DNA of 64,000 nt from Perna viridis. Its lineage: Eukaryota. Location: contig CM074523.1 in assembly GCA_037379345.1 (NCBI GenBank), positions 12,654,551 to 12,718,550 of the forward strand, in the 5' to 3' direction. The notes under the pieces were generated by a model that searched no databases, was not told the origin of the DNA, and saw only the letters and a list, made by a program, of their open reading frames with translations. Below, piece after piece: positions 12,793 to 27,189 of the stretch; position 1 is the first letter of the stretch, and every line of letters begins with the position of its first letter. The translations under genes were made by a program, and so were the position numbers.

Positions 12793-15628
12793 TTAAAGCG
12801 ATGCTATATTACTGACGATAATGAGTATGATGATATCAAAGATGATAATCTTGATGTTGCTAATGGTAGAGATAATGGTGATGATCACGTTACAAATGAA
12901 CATGATGAGAACATAAATGATAATAAACATGATGATACACATAGATCTGGAGAAAATGGTGATGATAATGGACAATCTGAAGAGGAACTAAACCCGATGG
13001 CCTCTGGAACAATTAGATAACTCTCTTGTTGATTCATTAGTTAAAAAGTCATGAAAAATCAACTAGCCACTTCCCCCTCCCGTCTACATCACAGCCCCCT
13101 CCTCATCACACTAAGCCTGTCCCCTACGAATAAATAGTGATACTGAGATGACTGATGTGGAGATGGCTGTAAATATGGTGAAAATTCGCCGCAAAAGATT
13201 GGTAAATGGTCCAAAGTTTTCGAAAGATGAATTGAAAAAGATAAGATTGGATCCAAGAAACAAGTTAACACAATCAAATTCATACGATTAAATCTTTTTC
13301 AAATTATTATTATCTTTCAGATGATAAGTATTGTTTCTTATAATGTATATGATCTTCGAGAGTTGACAAAATTTCAGCAGTTATGTACTTACTGTTCTGA
13401 AAATTATTATAATGTCGTAGGAACACAGGAAACGTTTTGGTCAAAAGATTTAATTGAGAATTTGTCTAAGTTCTTGAATGGTAAAATATTTCATTCATGT
13501 AGTGATATTCACAGACAAGGTGTAGCCGTTTCAATAAACAACAAAATAGAAAATGAAGTAAAATATATACAGGGTTTCGATGGTAGGTGTATTTAAATAC
13601 AACTTCACCAGGATGACAAAATTTTTGACATTGTTAATTTGTTAATTGTTATACTCCTAATTTAGCCCTTGAAAGGAGCAAGTTTTTTTTTGGTAGCATA
13701 CTACATAAGTTATCTGACCCCAAAAATGTCATTCTGTTGAGGGATTTGAATACATCTATGTTAACACTTGATAGGTGTGGCAAATCACAACACACTGAAG
13801 ACAAAGCTTATAAATCTATTAGTAAATTTTGTTTCAATCTTTATGATGTATGGCGCTAAAGGAATCCGAAAGCTCGAGTGTACTCTTGGCGCCGAGTGGT
13901 TCAAACTATTCTCACTCAGAGTATGATTGGCTTCATGTTTATTCCAAAATATTTTTTTCTGTTTTAGTCAAAAAATATGTACCATAAGCACAACACTTTC
14001 AGTGACCATTCTTTAGTAGTTTTAAATAGAGATTTTTGTGAAGTAGAGAGAGGTCCAGGATTATGGGTGTTTAATAACACACTGTTAAATGATGAAGAGT
14101 TTGTTTTAAAAATTGAGAAATTAATAGCAACTGAAAAACAGTGTAGACTATATGATGACAAACCACTGATTTGGTATAATAATTTAAAATTGGAGATTAA
14201 ATAACTATGTAAAGTTGTTTCAAAAGTTAAATTGCGTGCCAAAAAATCGGAATATTTTAAAATTCAAGGAGAATTCGAAAAGTTCTCTCTTGCTGAGTCA
14301 AATGATGAAGGGTTTGATATAAAAAAAATTGAAGAAATTAAATTATAACTTAAAAAGACACGAAGACATAATCTGTAAAAGAGCTATATTACGCTCTAAA
14401 GCTCACTGGGTTATAGAAGGTGATAAAAATTCTAAGTATTTTTAGAGCTTCCAAAGTATAAGCAAAAAATTAATGCTATCAAAGAGTTGAAAACAAATGA
14501 AGGTATCATTGTAAATACAACTGAACAAATTTTAGAAGAAGTGAAGTCTTTTATAAGAAGTTGTATTACTGTACGCACATTACCAAGAATAGCGCACATG
14601 AGTTTTTAGATTTTATTACCTAAAAAATTCCGGAAAATGATATGGAAAATTTAGAAGCTGATTTTACTTGCGTCGAAATTAAAACGGCATTATTTAGTAT
14701 GACAAAAAATAAATAGCCGGGTCAGGATGGTTTAACTGGGGGATTTTTTTGCAAGTTTATCATATGTTTGAAAATATTCTTATGAACATTTTTAGAATTA
14801 TTCAAGAAGAGCAGATTATGACTAGATCAATGAGACATGGGGTTGTAACCTTAATCTATAAAAACATAGGTGATAAAAATTTATTAAAGAATGTCAGTCC
14901 GATTTCTTTGTTATGCGTTATTACAAATTAACTGCTCGCATCATGTCGAACAGACCAAAATTCGTTCTGCCGAAATTAATATCGAATAGCCAAATGTGTT
15001 GCATTTTAGGTCGTGACATTGCTGATACAGCTTCTAGTATTCGAGATCTGATAGAAATAATTGAAAACGATAATTTAGAATTATATCTGATGAAAGTCGA
15101 CCAAGAGAAAGCATGAAGTTGACCATTATTACCTTTTTCTTGTTTTACAGAAATTTGGCTTTGGTCCAAAATTTATAGAGTCGATTAAAATATTTTACAA
15201 AAAAATGTTAACAGTAGTGTCAAATGCAATGGCTTCTTGACCAAGTGTGTCAAACTTTAAAATTCTATAAAACAAGAATGTCCACTTTCCGGCTTATTGT
15301 ACCTTACGGTCGCAGAACCGATAGGACAAGCCATAGCAAAAAATCAAAGTATACGCGGGGTAATTATTCCGAAATCTGATAGAGAAGCGCGAATATGTCA
15401 ACACGCATATGACACAAATATTTTCACAAGTGATCAAAAACTTGATAGATGAAGTTTTCAATGTTTTGAAACTTTATAGTGTAGCGTCTGTTGCGAAAAT
15501 GAACAACATAAATCAGAAATAATGTGTCTCGGGTCCAGAACTTTATCTGATAATGAGCTAAATAAATTAGAAATACAGAGATCTGAAGATGTTACAAAAG
15601 TGCTAGACATTTACGTTGGTAAAAACTA
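12793..15628 (+). mobile_element. Decayed Tx1/L1-clade non-LTR retrotransposon (probable ORF1 tail plus APE endonuclease-RT ORF2, 3' truncated)
   Basis: From 13321 onward: SYNV..QETFW..GVAV, SDHSLV, GPGLWVFNNTLLND, PGQDGLT, PISLL..YKL.ARIMSNR, KVDQEKA, IKQECPLS, HAYDT, with many stops and frameshifts. The D/N-rich stretch at 12793-13020 is the likely ORF1 end. Confidence 0.9.
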
Positions 15629-18299
15629 TGGAAGGGGACATCCGCCATAAATATGTTCACGCGTTTCTTTTAACTTTGTTACTGGCTCATTTGTTCTCTG
15701 TATTTTCTCTCTTTGTTAATTGAAGATTGTTTAAATGTTAATTCGTGAAATGTATTTTTAGCGCTGTAACTCGCAGTTTGTACGAATCTTTCTTTGCTTA
15801 ATGTCGTGTCATTTTCTGTGACATCTTTCTTTTACATTTCTACAATTATTAATTTGTAAAATACTTCTAACCCTGAAAGTCGTAGTTTTCCAATATAGCT
15901 CCTTGTTGAAAGTCTTAAATTAGTGATTTATACTGGTTATGTACAAATTAAAACACGTTTCTTTTAAAATCGACACGACCGACACGGTTACAAAGAACGC
16001 ACTAACATATGACGAATGGAGAATAAACATGTTACTCATGAGCGATTTTTCACCGGAAGATCGAGCGGTTGGAATAAAAACAGGACAGGCATTTTCCGAT
16101 ACATATTTGGCTATAACTTTTGTTTTATTTAAGGTTAAGCTATATAACCCTTCATGGTTACTTTCACTTTCAAGTCAGCATGGCAGAAGCCGTCATTTTC
16201 TAAATCTTGGTGGGCAAAGAGTGTAAAAACAATCTAAAATCTCGGGTGATACAGAACCGATCTTGTCAGTGCCGACAACATTTCACCCAAAACATGTTTG
16301 CATAACTGTAACTAAAAAGTATTTACGATGATAATCGTTTTCATTCGAAACTGCTGTTTGCATCCTGCACAACTAGATCTGTCCAAATCGAAAGTAGATT
16401 GATGTATTCCTACGCTCTAAAATGTATTAACTATTTCTAATTTTACAATGAAGTTAAGATTACCCTTCTAAATTTTGAACATGCTCTGAAATGGAAAAAA
16501 ATATTCATCTTATTTACTGTCACGTGTATTTATAGTAAACTGTACAACGTTTCGTTGTCGGTTTATTTTACGACGTATGACATCCGGTTACATGTGAGCT
16601 GCTATTCGGTGACGCCAAAGATGTAAACACAGAGACAGAATGTTTGATAATTTAAAATTGGTGAGAATATGCGGGTATTCATCTACTTTTAATATACAAT
16701 CGACTTTTATTTGAACTTTTCGTCAGGTTGTCAACGCAATCAGTTGCGAAAATTCAACAATTCTCGATCATTCAAATGTTCAAATGGTTTCATGCCCCAT
16801 CATCGGCCATATTTACCACGCCTTTTGTGGCAACTTATTTACTTTAATTAAACATTTTTTTTTAACTGAACTGTTAAGGTTTCAGTCGTAAATATGTATA
16901 AAATTTTACTATTAAACGATTATAATGTATTTTTTTATGAATAACTTGATATTTGTCGTATGGACACATACTATATGGAGGGCATTTTCTTACATGCTGT
17001 CCTGTCTTTAGCAAAACACTACAAATTAGGCTGAAACTCCTGTTTAGGGGATCCCTTAAATAGTGCTTTCTTTTTCTATTCATTATAGAATAATATGGGG
17101 TAGGCATTGCCTAAATCAGTGAGCGCCCTAAACTTTACCATACATGTACTGTCTGTGCGAGTCTCATAGTCATAAAAATAATGGCATTACAAAGAGGGGT
17201 GTCAACCCAGATGAAATTTGTTGCTTCACAAATGCAATATTTTTGTTTATATTTAGGCAGCAAGCAAAATCATTTTTTATATGAAAATCTGTCTTTTTAA
17301 TTAATGGGGAGTTTGTTTTTAATAAATGAATAACTTGGAACAATTTTTCCCCAAAATTCCAACCCCATGAGCATACCCCTTTCCCCTTGCTCTCAAAATG
17401 GTACATAACTTTATAGCACTTCGCAATAATTTACATGTTTTATCCCTTAAGGGCATCTCTAGCAACATCCATTTCAGTTTTGGCCTGTCAGATCAATCTG
17501 TACAGATACCGGAAATATTACAATTTTCTACGAAAACAAAATTCAGATGACAGCAATAAATTCCAAACAAGAAAATGATTGCCTTTCCTATCTTAGAAAA
17601 GCTATGCTTCAATCTTGATTATATAATATTAAATTATATTTTTTTTTCGGAGGCGGGTTAGGTTCTTGACAACAGCAACAGTGGAACAGTAAAGGAAGTA
17701 TATTTTTATTTTCCTTCTTTTTTAGAAGAAATATTGGAAATCTTGTTCCATGGACAAACAGACTGTTGTTGAGACAACTCTTACTATGATAATGATAAAA
17801 AAGATATACATGTAAAAGAATTATACTTGATACTTCAAGAATTTTCAAAAGACCAACTGGGCCCATCCATAAAAATAAATGTAATAGCGACTCAAACCCA
17901 TTATAATGGAGTAAATGTTATGAATAAATAAATAATATTTAAAACTAAAGTATGAATGTATGTTGATATCACTGATCCAAATTCTACCTTGAACCATCGA
18001 GTTTAAATGACAAACTGAAGAAATGGCATTGATTTTGAACAGAAGAAGGGATATGGACAAAGACAAAAAAGATGTTAAAATCCATTTAAAAGATGCAGGT
18101 TTGCAAAATTTAATGCACGGATAATTGGACAGATTAGGTTTCAAATTCCATACCAATATAAATGAATAATTATCCAATCGTTTGTTGTATTAAATTTTGT
18201 CACATTAAGATAATATTAAAAGGTTTTCTTTGGAAAAGAGCATGTAAAACTGAAATTTTGGTAGTGAGTAAAACTGATAGTTGGTAACTTTGGAAAAAA

Positions 18300-18781
18300 A
18301 GTCAGCAAAGCAGAACGGAATGTTAACTCGATTTTAAACTCATCAAGGTAGGCTCGCTTACCAAAAATCAGCTCAATATCTGCAAGCGTTTAAAAAAAGT
18401 GTCAAAAACTTAAATTTCGGTAAATTCAAGGGCAATAACTCTGACAAAAATAAGTGAAGCCAAACGAAAACCATACTTGATCTGCAACTCATCAGGGTAG
18501 ACTCAAATACCAAAAATCAGCTCAATATCTGCAAGCATTTAATAAAACAAAACAGCGAAGAAAATTTAAATTTCAGTATTTTTTTCAATGTTCAAGGGCC
18601 ATAACTCGGACAATAATCAGCCAAGGAAAAACGAAATGTTAATTAGATCTGTAACTAATCTAATCAAGGTTGACTCAGATACTAAACTCGGCTCAATATC
18701 TGCAAGTGTTTAGAAAAAGTGCGGAAAACTTTTCTTCTGGATGGACAGACAGATGGAGTGCAAATGTAAAGTCCCCTTCGG
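18300..18781 (+). mobile_element. Non-autonomous element with about 3 internal 150-175 bp repeats (Helentron/HINE-like)
   Basis: gctcaatatctgcaag recurs three times, followed by a ggacagacag tract and terminal gtccccttcgg. The family assignment is from recalled bivalve repeat architecture. Confidence 0.65.
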
Positions 18782-19599
18782 CTAAAACAAAATGGCAAAC
18801 AAGAAGAAACTAGATGAACTAGTAGGGGGTCCATGGGAGGGTTCTGGTGGTGGAAACACATTTTCATAGGAAAATTTTGTTACATGTGTGCTTAATGTAC
18901 TGTAAAATTATTAAATAACAGCCTAGAAACCACTTTTTTTATAATGACACTGTAACCCTATCTTTTCAAAATCTCTAGGTCTGCAACATTTGATAATTGT
19001 AATGTTTTTCCAGCTGTCCCTGGATTAAAAGACCCTTCTGACAAGTATATGTACATGTACATAGTCAGTTTTGAAAAAAATATGTATACTTTAGTGACAG
19101 ATCCATACAAATACAACAAATTTAGTACCAAGATATGTAGACCTTATTTTAGGTATTTCATGTATACATTTTACAGTTACAGAGTGTAAGTTCAATTGAC
19201 ATATTGACCTCTGACTCATTGTTTTAAAATGATTTGTAAGTACCAATTAATCTTAAATAGGATGGATTTTCCTAGAAAATGGTCTAAGGGGTTAACTTTT
19301 TTAAGAGGGGACTTCAGTGTTAAATAATTAACAATTTAGGCTTGTCGTCTGGATGGGGCCTCTATATTTTGAATCGATTTCTTTAGTAAATGATAAGTAG
19401 CAAGAAAAGCTTGAATAAGATTAATTTAAAATTTCTCAAAGAAAAGTGAAGGCAGGGGGTGGGGGTGGGGTGGGGGGGGGGGCTACTTTTTATTTGCGGT
19501 CATGTATTGGTCTGTGGGTGTTGTCGTTATTTGTAGGCACTTGTTTTTTTTTTGTGCCATAATTGGAGTACTGGTTGGTATTTATTTATAAAATCTTAT

Positions 19600-20346
19600 A
19601 ATGTTACAAGGTTACAAACTCCAAAAGGAAGGTTGTATTGATTTTGGGGTTTATAGCCAAACCGTTTTAGAATAAAGGGCCTAAAAGGGGCATAGAAAAG
19701 CATTTGATAGAATTCAACTTCATAACTCCAGTACAAGCATAGGAATGTCTATGATATTGTTCCTTAATATTCTATAAAATGGTCAGACTTGGATTGATTT
19801 TGGGGGTAAAGATTTGAACTTTTCAGAAATTAGGGACCAGAAACATGTATTTTCTTGATGTCCAAACAATATCTTGACTATTAGGGAATGAATCTTTTTG
19901 AAATTGTATTTCATGGTAATATACATGTACAATGTACCACCAAAGGAAGAGTGGGATTAATTCTTGGGGTTGTGACTTGAGCCGAGTAAGAATAAGGAGT
20001 CACTATTGGGCCATGAAAAACAGTTTCTTTTATTATTTCTGGACAATAACTTGAGTGAAAAGAAATGGATCACTTTAAATTGTACCACAAGATGCCATTT
20101 TTCCACAGGAAATTTGGGATTGATTTTTACAGGTTTTTACTAGAACCATTATGGAAGAATGGCAAAAAAGTGACTAAATTGGTTCTGGTAAAATTTTTAT
20201 CTTGTGTCAAATATCTAATCGTAATCAAATTTCGTAGCTGTGTCAGGTTTAAATGGTGTGTCCATACTGTTTTTCAGGGTGTTTTCCAAATGTTCAGGGT
20301 TCAATCTCTGCAGTCATATCAAGCTGCACCCTGCAAAGCATTTTAT
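19600..20346. repeat. Diverged ~160-bp satellite-like array x4 (probably within a HINE-like element)
   Basis: gattgattttgggg-like motif near 19636, 19792, 19955 and 20118. Confidence 0.6.
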
Positions 20347-21399
20347 TCGAGTTTACCTTCAAATTTGTAGCTGGCAGCAATACAAATTTAATAGAATTGA
20401 TTCTACAGTTGAGCATAAAAGGAGGGTTAATTCTATATAGGTATTGGAATTGAATATTTCTAAAGAGTAAAACTGTGTGCTCATGGGGTAAATGTTGCCA
20501 TGCTCACCATGGTTGTTTGATTCAATCATCTCTCAGGGGCCAATTTTGAACTTAACTCCTTATTCTGCCCCCAAAATGGCATATTGAATGAAAAATCTTA
20601 CAATATTAAACTGAAATCCCAATTCTTTATTTACCCTGAAAAGTTTGTTAATCAAATCAACAACATTGTCCTTATTTTAAGGGTTGCAAAAAGAAATTTG
20701 TTTAAGGTAATGTGTATATTTTTCACATACATGTATATACACATGTACATTATCATTTCAGCAAATTTTTTTTTAACTTGCAAAGCTCTATCGTTTTTTT
20801 TTTTTTTTTCTTAAACATCGTTGTAGTTGCTTTAATTGGTTATTTTTTATTTCCTTTATATAATCCTAATACATTGAATTAGATCCAAATGGCTTTCCAT
20901 ATTGTTCTCACTAAAGAGAAAGTGAAAGTAGCTATAAATAGAACTGAAAGTAGTCCCAATATAAATGGCTTCTATTTAAATTCATTTTGAGTAATTTACA
21001 ATTAAGTATAGTTTTAAGATTTAGAATCGGTTAAAAAGGGTAATTTGCACTAGATACATGTTTGTTAAATATGTTTGTTTACATTTTATAGGTAAATATG
21101 GACTTACAAAAGATGTGTATTTAATGGCAGTCTGGCACATTTATATGCAAGATTCAAGAATTACAGTAATGGAAAAATGTTTTTAAATGGCTTAGAAAGC
21201 TTGTGCTAAATGGGAGGAACATTTTGGTATATGATATGATGTTATTATGGCATACACTAATAAAATATTGAACTTTCAGTTGTTGGTTTGTTTTCCTTTT
21301 GCGGAACCTTAATGACATTCAAAAAATTGAAAGGATTTCTAAAGAAGAGTAAATGTACTTTTAAATGATTAAAAGTATTTTTTAATATCGAATAATAAA

Positions 21400-22180
21400 G
21401 CGAAAATTTTGACAGGACGAACTTTTGCTGACAAAATAATTGCGATGAAAAGGGGACATGTTGATAAATAAAGTTCATTATTCATAAAATGTGTCATTTA
21501 AGTCAAATAATGTTTACTTATTTTTCAAGCTTATACTGATTTTGATGTAACAATTACTTCATTTGAGCCAGTTAAAGTGGTAAAATCTTGACAGGACGGA
21601 CTTGTTCTGATACATGATTTGTGTCGTTTTTTTTACGGGGGTACGGTAAGAAAACATCAAATATTTGGATTTTAATTCATGTTTGTCACAAATCCTTAAC
21701 ATATTCTTAAAGCTTAAACTTTTTGGTATATTTTGTTGTACGGTGTATATGTTTTTGAACCATGTTCAGAAATCAATTCAAAATCTCACGGAACGAACTT
21801 TTTCTACAGGAAATTTTTAACTTGCTATCAGATGTGGGAACAAACAATGTTAAGTTTTCTCTAAGTGATAAATGTCTGTCAAAAAAGTTTTACATATTCG
21901 TAAAGCCTGTATTAAACGGTATATTTTGATATCAAAATTTTTAAATTTGACAAAGTTAAAGGGGAAATATCTTGACAGGACGAACTCTTTCTCTTACGTA
22001 ATTTATGCAGTTTTAACGGGGATATGGAAACAAAACATAAAATATTTGAAATTTACTTAAGTCTGTCAAAAATATTTATCGGATTCTTAAAGCTTTTAAC
22101 TGTTCTAGTCATTTTCATGTATAGATATTTGAAATTAATTTAGAGATAAATCCAAAATCTTGACAGGACGAATTTTCGGG
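21400..22180. repeat. Diverged ~180-195 bp satellite-like array x5
   Basis: ttgacaggacgaact motif near 21409, 21588, 21785, 21971 and 22160, with aagctt-like sites in register. Confidence 0.8.
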
Positions 22181-22185
22181 GTGAA

Positions 22186-22742
22186 AGAGTAAGCAAGAGA
22201 ATCAAGGTTATAGCGGTAATCAAAAGAATGTAATCCAGGGACAAAGACCAGACATGGAAAACAGACATACACAACAAAGAACATAAAGTAACTGAAATCA
22301 TACATACAAAGTAACAAAAGTAAATGAGCAACTCGGACTCCACTAAAAACTGGGAGCATGGACCAGGTGCACCTCTGCTTTTCTGGAAACACCCGACGAG
22401 TTGCTCATAAAAAGTCAAGTCCGGGGTAGACAAACGAAGGAAGGAAAACTATGACCCGTTGAATAAATCAGTTTTCATGGTGCTGATGGATACACCATAA
22501 CGATCCACGAGTTCATGATGACGACCATAAAACTTCTGTAGTGATGACTTCAATCTTGTAGCAACATAACCCTGTTCCAGAAGCCTATTTGTTAGAGTTC
22601 TAGCGCGATACAAAAAGTCTGCGTAGTTTCGGCAAGCTCTGGCATAACGTATGAGTTGTGATATGAACACTCCATACGACGGAGCCGAAGGGATGTTGCC
22701 ACAGATGAAAGGGAAGTTGACAATTCTGAATGAAAAGTCATC
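22186..22742 (-). mobile_element. Best-preserved Penelope-like (Naiad-type) fragment: RT thumb/C-terminus plus 3' region
   Basis: Open frame DDFSFRIVNFPFICGNIPSAPSYGVFISQLIRYARAC...TDLFNGS*. The ORF ends right after the RT thumb with no C-terminal GIY-YIG, consistent with the permuted-domain Naiad clade. Confidence 0.85.
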
Positions 22743-23859
22743 ATATTTAAAGTGAAACATATTTATTTATCGACATAATTGGACCTATTAAATTAATATA
22801 CACACAACGGGCACACCACGTGGAGTAGTCCGAATTTCCTCTGACCCCGCAACTCTCCTCTTTTTTATTTGGATATTGATATGTCGAGTTGGGGTCAGAA
22901 TGATGTGCCATACAAACAGTTTGTGATTCAGCGGTTCCGTGGAGTATCGCCCTTCACGCCCATCTTACGACTTACATTTTGAAATCGTGTAGGTGGTGCA
23001 TATCTAGTTCGATTTGGGATTCATTTTTCTTTATGCTGATGTAACATTTATCGGCTATTTGTCATCATATCTCGGTAAAAAGAAGTTTGAAAGCCTTAAC
23101 CCAGGGACAGCAGCCATTTACTTTCGATTTCCAACTTTGCGTGACGCAAGCGAGATTTGGTCGTATGCAAATAAGTTTCCGTCATACACAGATGGTCACG
23201 TGAGATCAACAAACACCGCCTTCTTTGTGTGTCTAAACAAGCGTGTGTATTGGAACATCATGGAGTCGATAATTCAAAAACTGTTGCCTTTGCAAAATTC
23301 TGGTTCAGGTCATAAAATGCTACTAACAGCATTTCTGCATTTGGCTATTCAGTTAATTTTAACAGCCTGTCTCATTGTCAATATTTTTCTAATAAGCAAA
23401 TGGAAACAAAGTGAGCGATTCAGTCTCTCTTTGGCCTCTAGTTATCCATTTATAATATTTCTATAATATAGATATAAATATTGAATTTCAAATTGTTCTA
23501 TCTAAATTTCTGCCATGTTGAATAAGTCACAGTATTGTGGCACTATGTTTAAACATCACAATTATAAAGCATTTTGAAATGTTCTATAAAAAAAATCTAC
23601 ATATTCATTTTTTTAAACAAGAATCAAGGGAACCAAAATTCTAGCGGAAATCAAAAGAATGTAATCTTGGGACATTTTGATAAGGAGATGTGCATTTTAG
23701 TAAAACACGAGTTCAAAAAATGGAAATGGGATATCATATTAAGAGAAGATCAACAAAAACAAGAAGTATTATTCTGGGGTCTAATTGAATTCTCTCAATA
23801 TACAGAAATTTTTTTTAAAAAAATGTATCAGTCATGCGACATTCGTCCTCATTAACACC

Positions 23860-24515
23860 AAGTCAAAATTTGGTATGTTATTTGTCCATGCGATCAAAGG
23901 TCAAGTTCATATGTCAACCACTCTAGTACGTGACACCTCGCCTTAATGAAATATAGCCCCATACCAAATATCAGATATCTAAGTAATAAGACAAAATAAT
24001 TATGGCCCATAATGCAACATTTTGTATGGTATTTGGCCAAACTTTTGTATGTCATTTAACCTTAGAGGTCAAGGTCAAAGGTCTTCCAATCTAGAACATT
24101 ACACTCTACCTTAATGTCATTTACTTACATACTAAATATCATATATCTGGGTAAAAAGACAAAAAAAAAAAACGTTATGGCCAAGACAAAACTTTGTTTT
24201 CCATAATTTTTATTACTTGTTATTTGACCTTTGGGTCAGATGTCAAGGTCAAAGGTCATCTACCTAAAACTTTACTCTCTGCCTTGGTGTGATACACTTA
24301 AATGCCAAAGATCAGATATCAAAGTAAAAAGACCAAAAAGTATTGCCACAGGGAAAATTATGTATCGTATTATGCCAAAATTTGTATGTGATTTGACCTT
24401 GAGGTTAAAGATCAAGGTCAAAGGTCACTTACTCTGGTACGCAACACTCTGCCTTGAAAGGATATACCAACAGACCAAATATTAGAAGTCTAGGTCAAAA
24501 GACAAAAAAAGTTAT
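23860..24515. repeat. Diverged ~165-170 bp satellite-like array x4 (gacctt..ggtcaaggtcaaaggtc type)
   Basis: aaggtca motif clusters near 23897, 24066, 24242 and 24411; accaaatat..ga..tc recurs in register. Confidence 0.8.
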
Positions 24516-24974
24516 AATAATATTTCCTTTCTAGTGCTGACAAACGGGTCTGAACAAAGTCTTTTTTCGTATATTTCAAAATGTCAAAAATTAGGAATTT
24601 TGGTTGCTATGGTAACAAGATCTACACCAATAAGTTTGCCTTGTACTTTATTGAAAATTCTTTTCTTTAAGACACACTTCATTAATATAATTATGTAGTT
24701 TGACAAAATTATACCATCAGAAACATAAAATAAGACTAAAATTGTGATGTCTTTGTGATAATTAGGCCCTTAATTGGTGGTTGCTAAGGAGTGGTCGTTG
24801 TTATTGTAACGGTTAAAATATGTTTTTCATTTTTTCATTTTATTTATTGAATTTTCCAATATATCCAATTGATTTAAAATCAATTTGGATAAAACATCTG
24901 ACATCGATACATCACCCACTGCATGATTTTTAGGCAAACTGCTACTTAAGTAAGGCTGTCTTAAGTGCTATACC

Positions 24975-26050
24975 AGACAAGGAGAATACTTGTCACTTAT
25001 ACTCTTTTCAATATATGTCGATGATTTAGAAGACTTTTTTTTTCAAGAATCGTAACATTCATGAACTGAATCTTTTAAAAGAAGAAATTGAAACTGAACT
25101 CTCTCATTTTTAAAATCGTATTATATTCCAACGACATAGTGTTACTATCAAAATCAGAATCCGATCTACAAAAACAACTTGATGCACTTTATGACTACTG
25201 CACATTGTGGAAACAAAGTTAATGTTAGGAAAATAAAGTTGTTGTTTTTTTTCAAAAGGCAGGATGTCTAAAGTTTTAATGTTCAATGATACATCTCTTA
25301 AAACGGTTGATATTTTCAATTATTTAGAAATATTGTTGTCAAGAAGAGGTAGCTTTTCAAAAGCGAAAAAGGCAAACATAGAAAAGGCAAATCGAACCAT
25401 ATACTAGGCAGATATCCATTGGAAATAAAAATCAAACCAAGGGTCATTAACGTTTGACTTAAACTAGTCACTGGAAAATCTGAAAAGCTACCTGCAATTT
25501 TATTTAAGTTCGCTCTTAAAAATATGGCGATAGAATATTCCGGATAAAAAAGATTAAATCAATACTGGATTAGTGTGGTTTGTCTTTTATTTTGAACGAA
25601 CAACACGAACATAATGCATCTTGGATATTTTTCACAATAAAGCAAAGCCTTTCAGACTAATTCCAACAGTCGTAGAGCCCAAAAGTGAAAAACACACCTG
25701 AATCTCTGAATTATAGATTGCACATAAAAGATTTGGGAATTGAAAATTATTTCAGAATTTTAGATGTCAAAAATATTATTACTCTTTGTAGATTTAGAAC
25801 CTTCCCATTGAAAGTGGGCGTCGGCAAAATATTAGTAGAGAAAATAGAAAATATCATTTATGTAATTCAGGAGATATTTGGGGATCATTTCCATCATTTG
25901 TTTAAGTGCACATCGTTTGATAGTGACAGAAAAAAATCCTTCTCGCAGACTAATTTGTTAAAAACCAAATATGATTAAATCTAAAGCTTTGATGAATAGC
26001 TCATCACCTTCTGTTCTCAGCAATTTATATAAACTTATGCGACAAATTAC
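24975..26050 (+). mobile_element. Decayed RTEX/L2-like non-LTR retrotransposon, RT and C-terminal region
   Basis: RQGEYLSLILFSIYVDDLEDF, DLQKQL.ALYDYCTLW, ITLCRFRT, GDHFHHLFKC across frameshifts. Confidence 0.8.
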
Positions 26051-27034
26051 AAAGATGTTGTCTCAATGGTAGTTCTCTAAAGGACTTTGTACGCTAAGGC
26101 CCGATTTTGGCCTCCCTATTTCAGAAAAAAATAATTTATGACGAACATACCGATTAAAAGAAGAAAACGATGGCTAAATATCTCAGTTTTGTCATATCAC
26201 TTGTATTTTAAGTATTTTAATCGTAGAAACACCTAAGTCCATCTTAACAGACGTCAAAACACCATAGAAACGGAAAACGAGAATAAAAATGCGATTTTCG
26301 TCACAAACTTCTTCTTTTTTAAATGCCTCCGCCAACGTGACCCACAGAAAACAAAATTACTTTGGACACTTCTCGTAACGCAGAATCATATTCAAAAGAC
26401 ATTATCGTGGGTCACCTTGGCGGAGACCCTCAAAAATTGAAAAAAACATAGCTGAAAATGGACTTTGTTTACCATTATAATAATAATTCACCGCCAGAAT
26501 TGATTAATATTTTATGGAGTCCATATTCAGGTATATTCAGGTTGCTGCCCTACATGCCAGTGGCGTAAAGGACAGTAAGTAAGTAAGTAATATTCAGGTA
26601 GTTTTTAGCATGTTATAATCAAACACGACATAGAAAATGGGGTGAAAGGATATTTTTATGGGGAATTAATGTGGGGACAAAAATACGGTTTTTCGTTTTT
26701 ATCTTGCAAGATCTTTTATTATTTTCTGAAAAGATCCTGATCATGTATTACTCACTCAGCTTCTTTGAACATTTTGTTGAGATTATTTCAGCCGAAAAGA
26801 CTTTTATTATGTTAGAGTGGGGGGGGGGGGTCTGTTTTGCAGGCGACAAATTTGCGACCGGAATCATGATTGCAAGTTGTTCGTCCCTTGGGTGTAGTGT
26901 GTCCGAGAGGTTCAGAATCGCTAAATTTTATTTCCTACAAGCGGCCGTAGTTTGATTATACATATAAAATACCGAACAAATGTTTATATTTACCGAAAGT
27001 ATAAATAGTAGATATATCGCCGTAATTGCAAACA

Positions 27035-27115
27035 GGACGCAATGGCGTAATGGTTAGCGTGTCGGTCTATGAAGCAGACGATGCCGGTACGAATTTCAGT
27101 GCAGGTTTTTTTTTT
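27035..27115 (+). other. Degenerate tRNA-like sequence followed by a T-run, inside the DNA transposon
   Basis: A-box TGGCGTAATGG, loop CTATGAA, decayed B-box GGTACGAATTT, then a T-run; the acceptor stem does not pair. Confidence 0.5.
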
Positions 27116-27189
27116 CATTTTTTTACTACATATTTACTATTCATTTTTATATGATATAAAATAACATCTATCGACATTTTTCATGGAAT

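Noticed and set aside
12742-13020. Asp/Asn-rich ORF resembling an acidic shell-matrix protein
   Set aside because: It starts at TTG in unrelated flanking DNA and lies directly upstream of the Tx1 ORF2, so it is better explained as an ORF1 tail.
16640-21230. Scattered exon-like stretches (near 17478, 20480-20706, 21092-21226)
   Set aside because: They contain stops, cannot be joined in frame and show no motif I can name; possibly decayed transposon genes.
23014-23466. 150-aa ORF
   Set aside because: TTG start and no domain; it spans a CpG-richer patch that looks like a decayed transposon promoter region.
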